From assembly GCA_024137785.1 (NCBI GenBank), contig JAHRHZ010000263.1:39061067-39125066 (forward strand): a DNA stretch of 64,000 bases. Reading direction: 5' to 3'. Source of the stretch: Ginglymostoma cirratum (lineage: Eukaryota). The position numbers and the translations under genes were made by a program. The notes under the pieces were generated by a model. The model did no database searches and was not told where the DNA came from. It was given only the letters and a program-made list of their open reading frames with translations. Shown piece after piece: positions 24,420-36,176 of this stretch. How positions within the stretch are numbered: the stretch's first letter is position 1; each line of letters begins with the position of its first letter.

Positions 24420-26570
24420 ATCCTCATCCTGATGATATTTGACAGCGCATGTTACAATTGCAAATGCAGACGCAAATCAACAACAGCCACGCAAGAATGT
24501 ATAACAGTACGTAACCTACAATAGAAGATTAAAACTACAGTGAAAATAACTATCATCAATATGAACAATTGACCAATATGGTGTATCATCAAAGGCAGTG
24601 ATTGAACCAGCAAGCTGTGCCACCTGACTGAGATAACCCGAATATTGTCTACATTTTTTTTCAGTTAATCTATTTACATAATTTGCTGTAAAATTCAGTA
24701 TATTCCAGATTCAGGTTCCTTAATTTCTGGTATTTTTTTATTTTCCAGTTCCCTATCCACAGATCACCTCACTCAACAATAGTGAAATAACACCATACTT
24801 GGACTCAAAATTTCTCCAGCTCTCTTCATTTGTATCTGTCTTGATGATACTTCTCCAATATGTTTGCTTCCTTGCTAATTTTATGAATGATGTATCATTG
24901 AGTGGTAACTACCTCCACATGCAGGAACCCCCTTTGAGCTACAATACACATGGTATCAAACACTACAACTAACGTTCATCAGGCTTTACCTTCAGCTTAT
25001 GCTTCCCGCCTTTCATTTTTCCCGAGTTCCCTAACCACAGACTCCCATACGACCTGAGTCTTAGCTCAGACTTCTTTCACGTTCACTAACTGTCCTAACA
25101 CATCGCAATTTCGCCTACTGGTTTAAACACTGGAGTACATGCATCTTACATATGCTCAATATGGAGTATCTGTATGTCATCTGATGGGCCCTTTCACTCA
25201 GTCCACTATTACTCCTCCCAGAGTCCATATTCTTTACTTCTGTAACATTTTGACATAATAACCAATCAAACATTTTATTTTGATTGTAATTCTTTATACA
25301 TCCCTTTCACTAATGCTACTTTTATTGTTTTAAAATTAGTTTGAACAATAAGACACTGACCCAAAATCCATGGAGAAACTATGTCTTTGTGCTCTTCCAA
25401 GCCACACCAATCCTCCTGTCAAGTAGGTGTACATATCTGAGACCCATTACTCAGTGCATTTTTTTATGGTCTCATGTTTGTTACCTGAGGTAATATCCAT
25501 TTTTGCACACTTGCATCGGTGTCCCAGGACCATGTCACGCATTCTTGACTCCCACATGATCTTATCAAATGATCTCTGAGGTTTTACTTATCTCTCCATG
25601 TATGGTCCCGATGCCTTGGGTAGTGGCTTGATCACCAATTCAATGCTCTTAAAAGGAAAGAAAAGGACAAAACATCACCAAGAGAAAGCTATCAGTTTCG
25701 TGCTCTCATCTAAACCTCCTTTTCACTACTATAACACTTCAACCTGAATTGCTGCTTCACCTTATTATTCTAATTTTTTTGTCTTCTGCCACCAGGCTCC
25801 ACTCTTAATAACTTTGTCTAGTCCAATTTTTCAACTTAACTACTACCAATATATCTAATTCTCCAAAGTAGAATTTGTAGTCCATGGTACATAACCTTAT
25901 AATAGTTTAAAACGGAAGTCAAACATTTCTGTTCGATTCAGGCACGACATGTTTTGTTTGTTCCTTTTTTAAGATGACCCACCTTTTTTGAAGTTATTTG
26001 ATAACCCATTCTAGGTATTTGATATATCTCTATGTAAATTTGTCCAAATTCAATATTCTGTTTCCTCCCTTAAAGTTACTAACAAATTTTGTATGCATCG
26101 AAACCATGGAGACTTTATCATTTCCCAGAATCCCTTAAGATTTTCAGGTAACTATCCCATGTAAATGTTTTAGAATACCAGGTCATGTGAGTCTTAATAT
26201 AGTTTTTGTCATGATATGCTTAAGTGTACCCAAGCTCAGTGGTTTTGAGATTCCTGACACTCACTATAATTAATATTTCCACAGTACATCCCCAACAGTG
26301 AAATGCGTTATTGATGAATCGCTTGATGGGTTGAGGGTGCCTCATCTATCACTGTGTTGCGACATTGAAATTCTGCCAACGGGTTCAGCCTCCAGTGTCT
26401 CCAATTTCTTAAAAACACAAACAAGTTCCATCCACTCCACATCAAGCAGAATGGGTTAATTAGTATTAATCTACTACGGACTTAAAAAGGGGGTGGGGTG
26501 TAAACTCCTTCACATAATTACATCATTCGTCTCTTCACCACCTTGAGACAAGGAAAAGCCTATCCTTTTG

Positions 26571-26660
26571 GTCGCCGGACCCGAAACGTTAACTCTGTTT
26601 TTTCCTTCACAGATGCTGCCAGACCTGCTGAGCTTTTCCAGCAACTTTGTTTTTATCCCT
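26571..26660 (+). mobile_element. Short Penelope 3' fragment nested in the LTR element
   Basis: cccgaaacgttaactctg...cagatgctgccagacctgctgagcttttccagc, same family as 57240-57461. Imperfect TSD tatcc(t/c)tttg. Confidence 0.7.
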
Positions 26661-27397
26661 TTGTTAAATTTGCCTTTCCTTGCCCAGGCGGAGTTGCATT
26701 TTCAACATACCAATTTCCCTATCATTTGGATATTAACAATGAGTCAATCTTATCATCAGGAATTAAAGATTCACCCAAGTTAAAACAATATTTGGAAGTT
26801 CACTCTGGCCAGAAAATGAAATTACAAACATGGTAATTTCTGGAACTAAAATTTACCCAGTCCAAACACAACATAGCTAATTCCAAAAGGTAAAGTTGTA
26901 ACCAAACTTTACAAACCAAATTTTTGAAAAAACATTTCAAAGATTTTTTGCTTTACACAACCGCTGAAGGTTTCTTAAAAGGACATGACATTAAGCATAC
27001 ATGTCCCACATTGATACACGCACACAACACACTTTCAAATCACCGTACGTTCCCCAAAAGCAAGTTAAAACTTCAAACTACCCCCAGATCTCGAGCTCCA
27101 GGGAACAAAAGGACAAATTTTACAGCGCAACATTTAGCAACCAACAAACAAAAGTGCATTCAAATCAGATCCACGGCATCAACATTTCAACATGGTTCAG
27201 TACACTTGCACAGTACAGAAACCTGGCCTCTCGTTCTTTCTTTTTCCCGTTATAATTGTTCCCTATCCTTTTGGGGGTCCTAATTGTGCTAACACATTAG
27301 CTACCGACCTGAATCCAGAGTCTGCCGTTTCCCACCCTGGTATACAGACGTCTCCAGAGCATCAGGTTGCTTTCCCTTCTCTTCTACATTTTCCCGA

Positions 27398-27415
27398 ATC
27401 CCATCCTCATAGCCA
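27398..27415 (-). promoter_or_regulatory. Primer binding site, tRNA-Ser(GCT)-like
   Basis: Minus strand TGGCTATGAGGATGGGAT versus TGGCGACGAGGATGGGAT expected from the recalled vertebrate tRNA-Ser(GCT) 3' end (2 mismatches). Confidence 0.75.
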
Positions 27416-27419
27416 AAAA

Positions 27420-27882
27420 TGTCTTGGATCACAGAGTGTATGTAAGCGGTTCATTTTGGATTCAGTTAATTGTAGTTAAGAGAAGGCTCACCAACAGCAA
27501 TTTGCTTAAAATGAACATATGAGTAATAATAAAAGATGAAAGAAAAGGAACATTTATTAAGTGAATAGAAATAATGGAAAAGGGAGGGAAAAGACAATGA
27601 GCCTCACACCCTTCTGCCTGTCGGGGACCCCTTGATTGACGGCTAGTCTGGAGGCTGAGGTTGTTCCTGGTACCATTTGTGATCCCGGTCTTAGGTGAAG
27701 TCCAGTGACTGGGAACAAAACTCTTTCTCTTATACAGTGTAAGAAACAGCCAAGCACAGAAAAACAACTACAGGAAAACACATTGATTGTGCCAGCTTTG
27801 GCATGTACAGGAATGTTCACAGAACCCATTCAAGGTCATGCAGCTGTTGAATATCATCAACAAGTTTAGCCCTTCAGCTACA
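27420..27882 (-). repeat. 5' LTR of the minus-strand LTR element
   Basis: Direct repeat of 23976-24419, followed on the minus strand by 4 T and the PBS. Confidence 0.8.
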
Positions 27883-28839
27883 ATGATTCAAAGCAGTTTC
27901 AAGCATACCTGAGGTGAAAACAAAGACTTGTATTTTTGGTGTAATTGCATCTCAGAACAGGAAACTATAAGATAAGTCAAAATAAAGATGGGGGGGGGAG
28001 GGGAGAAGTGGGAAGAGAGAGAGTGTGTCTGTGCATGTGTGTGAGAGAGTGTGTGGTAAAGATAGTAAAGAAGAAACTTGTCAGTGAGGTGATAAAATGC
28101 AGTAAAACAAGGAATTGAATAATTACGTTTGAGATAGGCTAAATCATTGGAGGGTGCAAAAAAGTACCCAAATGGAAACTGGCAAGAATATGAGAGAAAT
28201 TTTAAAATGCTGGAATATGGCATATCTACCAACCAGCCACTCCCACCCCAGCAGAGAGAATGAAATGGACAAATTCTGTCCTCATTACCTCCTTTCAGGA
28301 CCATGTGCTGACAGATATCTGTTCTTTATTACACCCATTTCCCCCAGCTGGGACATTGAGACAATTGAGCAGCAAAGAGCAGCTCTACGGTGATTTTTAC
28401 AAGATTCCACAGTCTGGAAAACCCTTCCTAAGGATTCCTGCCTTCTCACTCCACCTTCTACTCCTTTCAACATATTCCACTGACGTATTGTTCACCTCCT
28501 CTGAATATACCTTTTCTTCGGTCTGATGCTCTTTGACTACATTTCTCTTGGGACATTTTGCAACATTAATGTGCAATATTGATTCAAATTGCTCTTTTAC
28601 AACCACGAAGAAAAGAAATTTTCAAGGAGTACCAAACTCATCACAATTTTGATGATTATATAAAGAGAAAGAGCATGGTTAGGAACAGTGTGTCTTTCAA
28701 AACTGATAACATTGATACTGTAATAGAATACAGGGGAGTCGTGAAAGAAATAATTTGTGCCAATACTTACATTGTAGGCAGAGGATAAGATCCCAAAAAA
28801 ACTGATAACAATATTTTTGTGGAGGGTGGGGAAAGGGGG

Positions 28840-29521
28840 TTGCCCTACCCATACACCACATCCCTCACCTCCATTCAGGGCCCTAAACAGCCTTTCCAAG
28901 TGAGACAGAGCTTCACCTGCATCTCCTGCGACCTAGTCTATTGCATCCGGTGCTCCCGATGTGTTCTCCTCTACGTCAGTGAGACCAAACGTAAACTAGG
29001 TGACCATTTTGCCAAGAATCTTCGCCTGGCCCGTAACAGCCAACCTAACCTCCCAGTCACCACCCATTTCAACTCCCTGCCCCACTCCCCCTCCAACATG
29101 TCTGTCCTCGGCCTCCTCCAGTGTCGCAGTAACTCACGACATAAATTTGAAGGACAACACATTATCTTCGGTCTGGGCACCCTTCAGCCTGGAGGACTCA
29201 ATACTGAGTTCTCCAATTTCAAATAAACTTCCCACCCATCTTCCAGCCCCACCTCCTCCCTTCCATTCCACCTTGTGACACTTCCTTCCAGCCACCAACC
29301 GGATTCATCTCTCCCATTGACCAACCAGGTCGTACCCACTACCAGTGTCCACCTATCACCACCATTCTGCTACACCCCTCCCTCTCCCTCTTTATCTGCA
29401 ACTTACTCTACTCCCACATCCAGTCCTGAAGAAGGGCAACACCCGAAATATTGACTGCTCCTTTCATCCAGATGCTGCCTGGCTTGCTGTGTTCTTCCAG
29501 CCTCCTATTTGCCTACCTTGG
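28840..29521 (+). mobile_element. 5'-truncated Penelope-like element (GIY-YIG), older family
   Basis: ORF 28819-29226 contains LVYCIRCSRCVLLYVSETKRKLGDHF. Hammerhead-like CAGTC-CTGAAGA-A-GGG(CAACA)CCC-GAAA-TA-TT-GACTG at 29421-29457. Confidence 0.85.
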
Positions 29522-30074
29522 TTAAAGGAGGTGACAGAGGTCTCAGTCACTAGCAAGAGAGGTTTGCATTGCCTCCTTTAGGGAAGGCCTGCTGAGTTAT
29601 GAGACAAATAATCAATGAACAGGCCGTCAGTGGACCTTCTACTGGATGAGGATCCTGGGGCACGTAGTCCCACCCTCTGTCCATTCAGAAACCAGCAACT
29701 CTTTTGCTCAGCAGTGCCACCTGAGAGCTGGTGACCGCTGCTGGTAATGCACCAATCCGAGGTCAGGGATTGTAATGGACCCCAGGCCAGGACCAGACAA
29801 GGGAGGAGGGCCTCACTGGGTGTGTGTTAGGGGTTTTAACAACAAAGGGCCAGGGAGGGGTGACTCTGGGCAGACCCTCAACCTTCCTGAAACTGGATCC
29901 CATAGTCAGTGTTTTTGAACAAGCGCGGCACACCCACCCAGCCCAGAGACTATGCGTGACCCACATAGGTTTGTTGTTGTGATCTTTGTGCGGTGACAGG
30001 TTTGTGTGTTTGGTTAGACAAGCAGAAAAGATAAAAGGCAACCTGTAGATCGTCATTCAAATTACAACACGGCG

Positions 30075-32322
30075 TAAAGAGACATTTTCAGGCTGGCAAC
30101 ACATGAGTGGTGAAGTGCCACAGGGATCAGTGATGAGTCCACTGTCATATACAATATATATTCATGACTTGGATGAGTGAAGTGAATGTACTGTTGTCAT
30201 GTTTGCAGTTGGCACAAAAATAGGTGGAGAATGACTCTCAAAATCTGCAGAGGGGTACAGAAAAGTTGTGAGTTGGCAAAAGCTTGGCAAATAGGGTGTA
30301 ATGTGGGAAAATGTGAGGTCTTACACTTAGGTAGAATGAATAGAGGAGCTGAAATTTATTTAATGGGAGAATGACTGCAAAAAGCTGCAGCACAAAGGGG
30401 TTGTGGGGTCCTTGTGCATAAATCCCAAAAAAATGGCATCCAAGTTCAGCAGACAATAAAGAAAGCAAGTGGGATATTCCTCAGATAAAGGGATTGTCTT
30501 ATGAGCAAAGGCTAAACACGAGTTTAGAAGAGTGAGAGGTGATCATATTGAAACAGACAGGATTCTTGAGAGTAAATGCTAAGAGGATGTTTTCCCTCCT
30601 GGGAGAGTCTAGAACCAGAGGGCTTACTCTCCGAATAAAAAGACCGCAATTTAAGAATGAGATGAGGAGGAATTTCTTCTGTAAGAGGGATGAATATTTT
30701 CAGAACTGTTTTGTCACAGAGAGGTGTGGGTGTAGAATCCTTGTGCATATTTAAGGCTAAGATAGATTCTTGTTCGGTAGGGAAATCAAGTTATATGAAA
30801 AGGGCAGGAAAGTGGCTGTGAGGAATTGCAGATCAGCCATGATCCTATCGAATAGCGCAGCAGACTTGAGGACTACTCCTGTTCCTATTTCTTATAATCC
30901 TTATGGTTTAGTTTAACAGGAATGAGGGGATAAAGTGGTTATAGATAGATATTGATAGAATCGGAGAATGGGCCAGTATTTCGGGGTGGAGTTTAATATG
31001 GATAAGTGTGAGGTCATCCATTTCGGCTGGAAAAATAAAAGGACAAATTATTATTTAAATGGGGAAGCAGATTTGAAATGTGTCAGGGCAGAGGGATCTG
31101 GGTGTCCTTGTGCATGAATCGCAGGAAGTGGGTATGTAGGTGCAGCATATAATAAAGGCAAATTGAATCTTGGCATTTATTGCAAAAGGACTGGATTATA
31201 AAAGTAAAGAAATGTTGTTACAATTATGTAAGGTGTTGGTGGGACCACACCTGGAATACTGTGACCAGTTTTGGTCTCCTTGCCGGAGGGAGGATGTGGT
31301 GGTACTGCAGGCAGTTCAGAGGAGGTTTACCAGATTGATTCCAGCAATAAAGAGTTGTTGTACGAAGAACGATTGAATAGCTTGGGCTTATACTCTCTGG
31401 AGTTCAAAGGAATTTGGGGGGAGGGTGCGGAGGGAAGAGTCTGATTGAAGTATATAAATTGCTAAAGAGGATTGATAAGGTGGACACCGAACAGATATTA
31501 TTCCCCCTTGTGGGACAGTCTCGAATAAGAGGGCATAGATATAGAGTGAGAGGAGGTAGGTTCAAAACTGAGATGAGGAGAAACTACTTCTGTCTGAGAG
31601 TTGTGAATCTGTAGAACTCACTACCCCAGAGTGTGGTGGAGCCAGAATCAATCAACAGATTTAAGAAAAGAAACATGTCCTTCACCTGACCAAGGAGCAG
31701 CTCTCCAAAAGCTTGTGATTTCAAATAAACCTGTTGGACTATAACCTGCTGTAGTGGCTCAAAGGACTGAATTGTCTACTCTGGCTCCTAATTCCTATGG
31801 AAAACAGTATGAGGCACTGGTTAGCCAGCACCAAAAACAGTTTCAGTGGGAAAAGTTTTGCTTGGCTGATCCCTGGCATAGAGGGGTTTTCTTATGAGAT
31901 GAAGTTGGGTAGGTTTGGCCTCCCTACAGTTTAAAAGAATGACAGGTGGCCTTATTGAAAGATACAAGAATTTGAAGAGAATTGACACGGCTGATGTGGA
32001 AAGGTTGTTTCCCCTTTGTGGGAGAGTCTAGGAACATAGAGCATTATCTCAGAGTGCCCATTTAAGACAGACATGAGGACAATTTCTTCTGAGGTTAGTG
32101 AATCTGTGGAATTCTCTGCCACAGAGAGCTGTAGAGGCTATGTCGTTAAGGATATTCAATGCTGAGAAAACAGGTTTTAAATCAGGATGGGAACCAAGAG
32201 TCATGGAAAAAGGCAGAAAAGTGGAGTTGAGGATCATCAGATCAGCCATAATCTTATTGAATGGCGGAGTAAACTAGATGGGCTGAATGCCCTATTTCTG
32301 CTCCTACATCTTATGATCTTAC
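30075..32322 (+). mobile_element. Three tandem degraded CR1-type LINE 3' fragments (about 30075-30905, 30920-31800, 31800-32322)
   Basis: Repeated CR1 ORF2 motifs (GVPQGSV-like, KCEVLHLG, LEYCDQFW, RVVNL), each followed by a 3' UTR/tail. A small Penelope fragment is nested at 31681-31750. Confidence 0.75.
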
Positions 32323-33209
32323 TGTTCCCCTTCTCTGCGCCACCATCTGCTATACGACTACAATCTGATTTACATCTGAAAGCCAATATCACTACCATAT
32401 AGTAGAACAGAACTCATTAAATGATCCCACAGCTATAGTGATGACTGAAACCATTATTCCTTCCTAATTTAGAAATATGCTGTAGTTATTTGGCCATTAT
32501 TATTGGCTACATCTCTGTGCACACAATCAGGCATCACTTACAGCTATCTCCTGACCTGTTCTGCACTCCAGTATTATTTATTCCTGTTGATAGTTGACAA
32601 TACAAGATGCCTTCATTATGCCATTCATGAGCACCCTGCCTGCAGGCACATGCTTGGCTCATCAGTTGCTGATGGTACAATTTGAGCTTTTTTTTTTGTA
32701 GCTAGTTAGTGTGTCATTGCTTTCAACTCACAGGAAGAGGGCAGGGAGTCAGCTGCCAGGGCTCCCTTAGCCAGAACAGGGAGTGAACCTGGGTTGTTGC
32801 CATTATTCTAAATTACAAAACTAACCAACTAGCCCACTGAGCTAATTGGCCTGTACCTTCATTAGCAAAAGTGTGTGATGAGGTTATTTGGGAACCGAAC
32901 CTTTTCATAATCCCATTTTTTTAACAAGAGATTAACTGCAGTTATTTGCTAAATTTGGATGATAATGGCAGGGTGTGAGAAAAATACAATGGGTGCACTT
33001 TTCCTTTCTGTGGAGTTGGTGAGGGAAGTGGCAAGAAGGAAATATAATGGGGATATTGGACTTGGAGAGAAACTCTCCCTCTTCTGGCCACCTCAGTAAT
33101 TTATTACTGACCAATAAAGTCCATTGGGGATGAGCAATTAAGGCACTTAAGTGGCTGATCATCTAAGGGCTTCGGCTCATCACAGGTCTGAATACCTGCC
33201 TTCTGAGTA

Positions 33210-33426
33210 CAGTCGGTTCTGATAAAAGGTGTGTTTCTTCAACGCAAATTTGCTTTATTGTGATTGAAGAATTTCGACCGCTATTTGTAGAACACGAATT
33301 TCCCTCCCTGTATGGCTCTAATGCAAATCTTTCCCCGTTGGTTTAAATGGCGCAGCTATTGCATGATGTTTTTATATCGAGAGACAGCACGGGAACAGAA
33401 CTATTGCATTATACCAGAACCGACTG
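33210..33426. mobile_element. Tc1/mariner (pogo/Tigger-like) MITE, 217 bp
   Basis: Perfect 12-bp TIR CAGTCGGTTCTG...CAGAACCGACTG with TA on both sides (33208-33209 and 33427-33428). Confidence 0.85.
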
Positions 33427-33978
33427 TAGGTGGGAAAAGTGGGTGATTTCATGACTAGTGGAGGCCTCCAGGGACCTAAATCAGGGGCACAGACAGGGTG
33501 GCTACTGAAAGCCACCCTCTGATCCTTCTCCTTCTCCCATGACTCCTCCTCCTCTTGTGACCTGAGGAGGAGTCTCCTGAAGGCTAGGCCTCCACCAACA
33601 ATCTCTGGGAACCCAGCAGGCCTGCAGCTTTTGGAGAGGTGGAGCTTCAATGTTGAGGCCTGTGATCCTGTAAGAAGCTGATTAGAGCTCAGTCTTGTGA
33701 CCTTTGCCTGCCTGAAGCTGCTGGCCAATCAGAGGCCGGCAGCCACTGTCAGCTGCACTACAGGCTGAGGTTCCTGGTGTCAAAGCGATGCTAGTATCCT
33801 GGAGCAGTGGTTACTTTACACAGTAGGGCAGTGAGGTGGGAGGCACAGGAAGATAAAGGTGACAGACAAGAACAAGAGGGTGGCTTTCAGCAGCCATCTT
33901 CCTTGAAACATTCTGCAGAAAGTCCAACTAGAGAAGGGCCTTGATAGACCTATATTGAGGAATGAGGCTGGTCAGGAA

Positions 33979-34330
33979 GGGGTAGGTGATGGCCTAATGA
34001 TATTGTTGCTAGACTATTAATCCAGAAATCCAGGTAATGTTTTGGAGACCTGGATTCAAATCTCACCTTGGCCAATGGTGGAGTTTGAATTGAATAATAA
34101 TCTGGAAATAAGAGTTTAATGATGACCATGAAACTATTACCAATTGTCAAGGAAACCCCATCTGGTTCATTAATGCCCTTTAGGCAACCCTTACCTAGTC
34201 TGGTCTACATGTGACTCCAGGGCGACCCAAAGCAATCTGGTTGACTCTTAACTGCCATTTGGGCAATTAGGGATAGTCAATAAATGCTGGTCCAGCCAGC
34301 GATGCCCACATCCCATGAATGAATAAAAAA
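33979..34330 (+). mobile_element. SacSINE1-like (Deu-domain) SINE nested in a CR1
   Basis: tRNA-like head, central tggtctacatgtgactccag core and a LINE-derived tail ending gaatgaataaaaaa. Family name is from memory. Confidence 0.7.
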
Positions 34331-34380
34331 TAGTGATCAAAGTTTCCGTGGGGCAGCATTTTGGAAACAGTGATCATTAT

Positions 34381-34926
34381 TGAATAGAATTAGCTTTACT
34401 GTCATACGCACTCAAATGACTACAGTGAAAAGTTTATAAGTTGCCACTTACAGTACCATCTTAGGTACAGGGTGCCAAGATATGATCCTTAGTTTCAGAA
34501 TAGAGAAATGAAGACAAGGTTACATACAGATAGACACATTATAATCATAGGACAGGAAAAGAAGAGCTAAAAAGACAAATGTTACAGTCTGTCTCCAAGG
34601 GCTGTCCTCAGCAGACCATGCAGGGGACCTTCACATGGTCTGAAAGTTGGCTGCTACCACCAACAGTGCTGGGTCACTCTGGTCACTGGTCCCTGGTGTC
34701 CCCACTCTGGTCGCTGGTGTCCCCACTTCAGGCTGCTGCTCACTGGCGTCTGCACACCGGGCCGCTGGTTGCTTCGAAGACCAGGAGTTGGAGGCCAGGG
34801 CTGAGAGAAGCGAGGAGCGAGGGAAGGGTAAACAAAAGAAAAAGAAGGAAAAGAATAGGTGGAGTGGAACAGCTCCAACTGGAGCTTTCTACTCCACTGC
34901 CATCTTACTGGAAATCTTTTTATAAT
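34381..34926 (-). mobile_element. Non-coding retroposon with Rex1/Babar-like ends, nested in a CR1 endonuclease region
   Basis: Flanked by CAGTGATC(A/G)T at 34368-34377 and 34927-34936. The minus strand starts near AAGATGGC and ends cttttcactgt...tgacagtaaa...ttctattca. Confidence 0.55.
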
Positions 34927-36176
34927 CAGTGATCGTAAGATTTACCTTTGAAGATAGTTATGGATAAGGAAAAGAATGGCCCTCAGGTGAAAACTAAATT
35001 GGGGGAAGGCCAATTACAACAGTAGCAGGCAGGAACTGGAGAAATTAGATTGGGGATGACCGATTAAGGGAAATCTACATGACAAATGGGAATCTTTTAA
35101 AGGCCAGTCGATCAGAGTTGAGGACCAGCATATGAGGATGAAAGTCAAGGATGGCAAGATTTGGGAACTTTGTATGTCACGAGATATTGAAAGATTAGTG
35201 AAAAAAGAAAAGGAAGCATATATAAGGTTTAGTAAAGTGAAACCAGCCAAGGTACTTCAGGTGCAGAGAAAACTTAAACAAGGAATTAGGAGGGCTAAAA
35301 GGGGCTATGACATATTCTTGGCAAGTATGATTAAGGAATATCCTTGATGTATATGTATATTAGGAGCTAGGGACAAGGGCAAGTTCATTCAGGGACAAAG
35401 GAGGGAATTTTTGCCTGGATCCAGAGGAAGTGGGTGAGGATTTTAATGAGTGCTTTTCAGTGGTATTTACCAAGGAGAAGGATAAGGATGATGTGAGATT
35501 AGGAAGAGACGTTCAAGAGCATGGCAATATTAAGAAGGAGGAGGTGCTGGGTGTCTTGAAAAACTTAATGGTATAGGTGTTAAAAAAAGACCAAAAATTA
35601 AGTCTTAAAAATATTTAACAATTGAGTAGCTTATACGGAGTGGTTCAGTATTGAATCCTTTATTACCGTGTTAATTATGTATCCAGTTTTACTGAGTGGC
35701 CGTATCATTGCTTAAAGTACTCATCATTTTTAAGGTGCAATTTTGGGCTTGTCATCTTGAACCACAACAAGATAAGGTGGTTAAGAAGTCATACTGCATG
35801 CTTGCTTTCATTGGGCAGGGAGCTAAGTATAAAAGTTGGCAAGTCATGTGTGCTGCATAAGACTTCAGTTAGGCCGCACTTGGAGTATTGAGTGCAGCCT
35901 TGATCACCACATTAAAGGAAAGATATGGAGGCTTTAGAGAGGGTGTAAAAAGGGAAAATGTATTTGTTATTCAATTTGGCTTTCAGCTTTTCGTACATTT
36001 TTAACCCTGGGCCTTTGTCTTTTAAACAAATTTTCATTTAATTAAAACCTTGAATAAACTGTGGTAGGTTGGAATTTGAGATTCTCACTTCGAGCAAGGG
36101 AATTTATTTGAGGAACCAAATTGGGAATTGACACCTTGCTTAGATCGAGGGAGGCTTCTGAAGGTGAACTGGAGCT

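Larger units (their letters stand above)
23976..27882 (-). mobile_element. LTR retroelement / ERV-like, non-autonomous, tRNA-Ser PBS, decayed env-like remnant
   Basis: Direct repeats at 23976-24419 and 27420-27882, both TG...CA. Flanks GTGAT/ATGAT (5-bp TSD with one mismatch). PBS at 27398-27415. Purine-rich AGGATGAGGAT on the minus strand at 24420-24430. Confidence 0.8.
33925..35950 (+). mobile_element. Degraded CR1-type LINE ORF2 fragments (host of two nested insertions)
   Basis: HFGNSDH endonuclease-end motif near 34358-34378, linker remnants (ORF 35132-35347) and an RPHLEY-like motif near 35870-35890. Confidence 0.65.
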
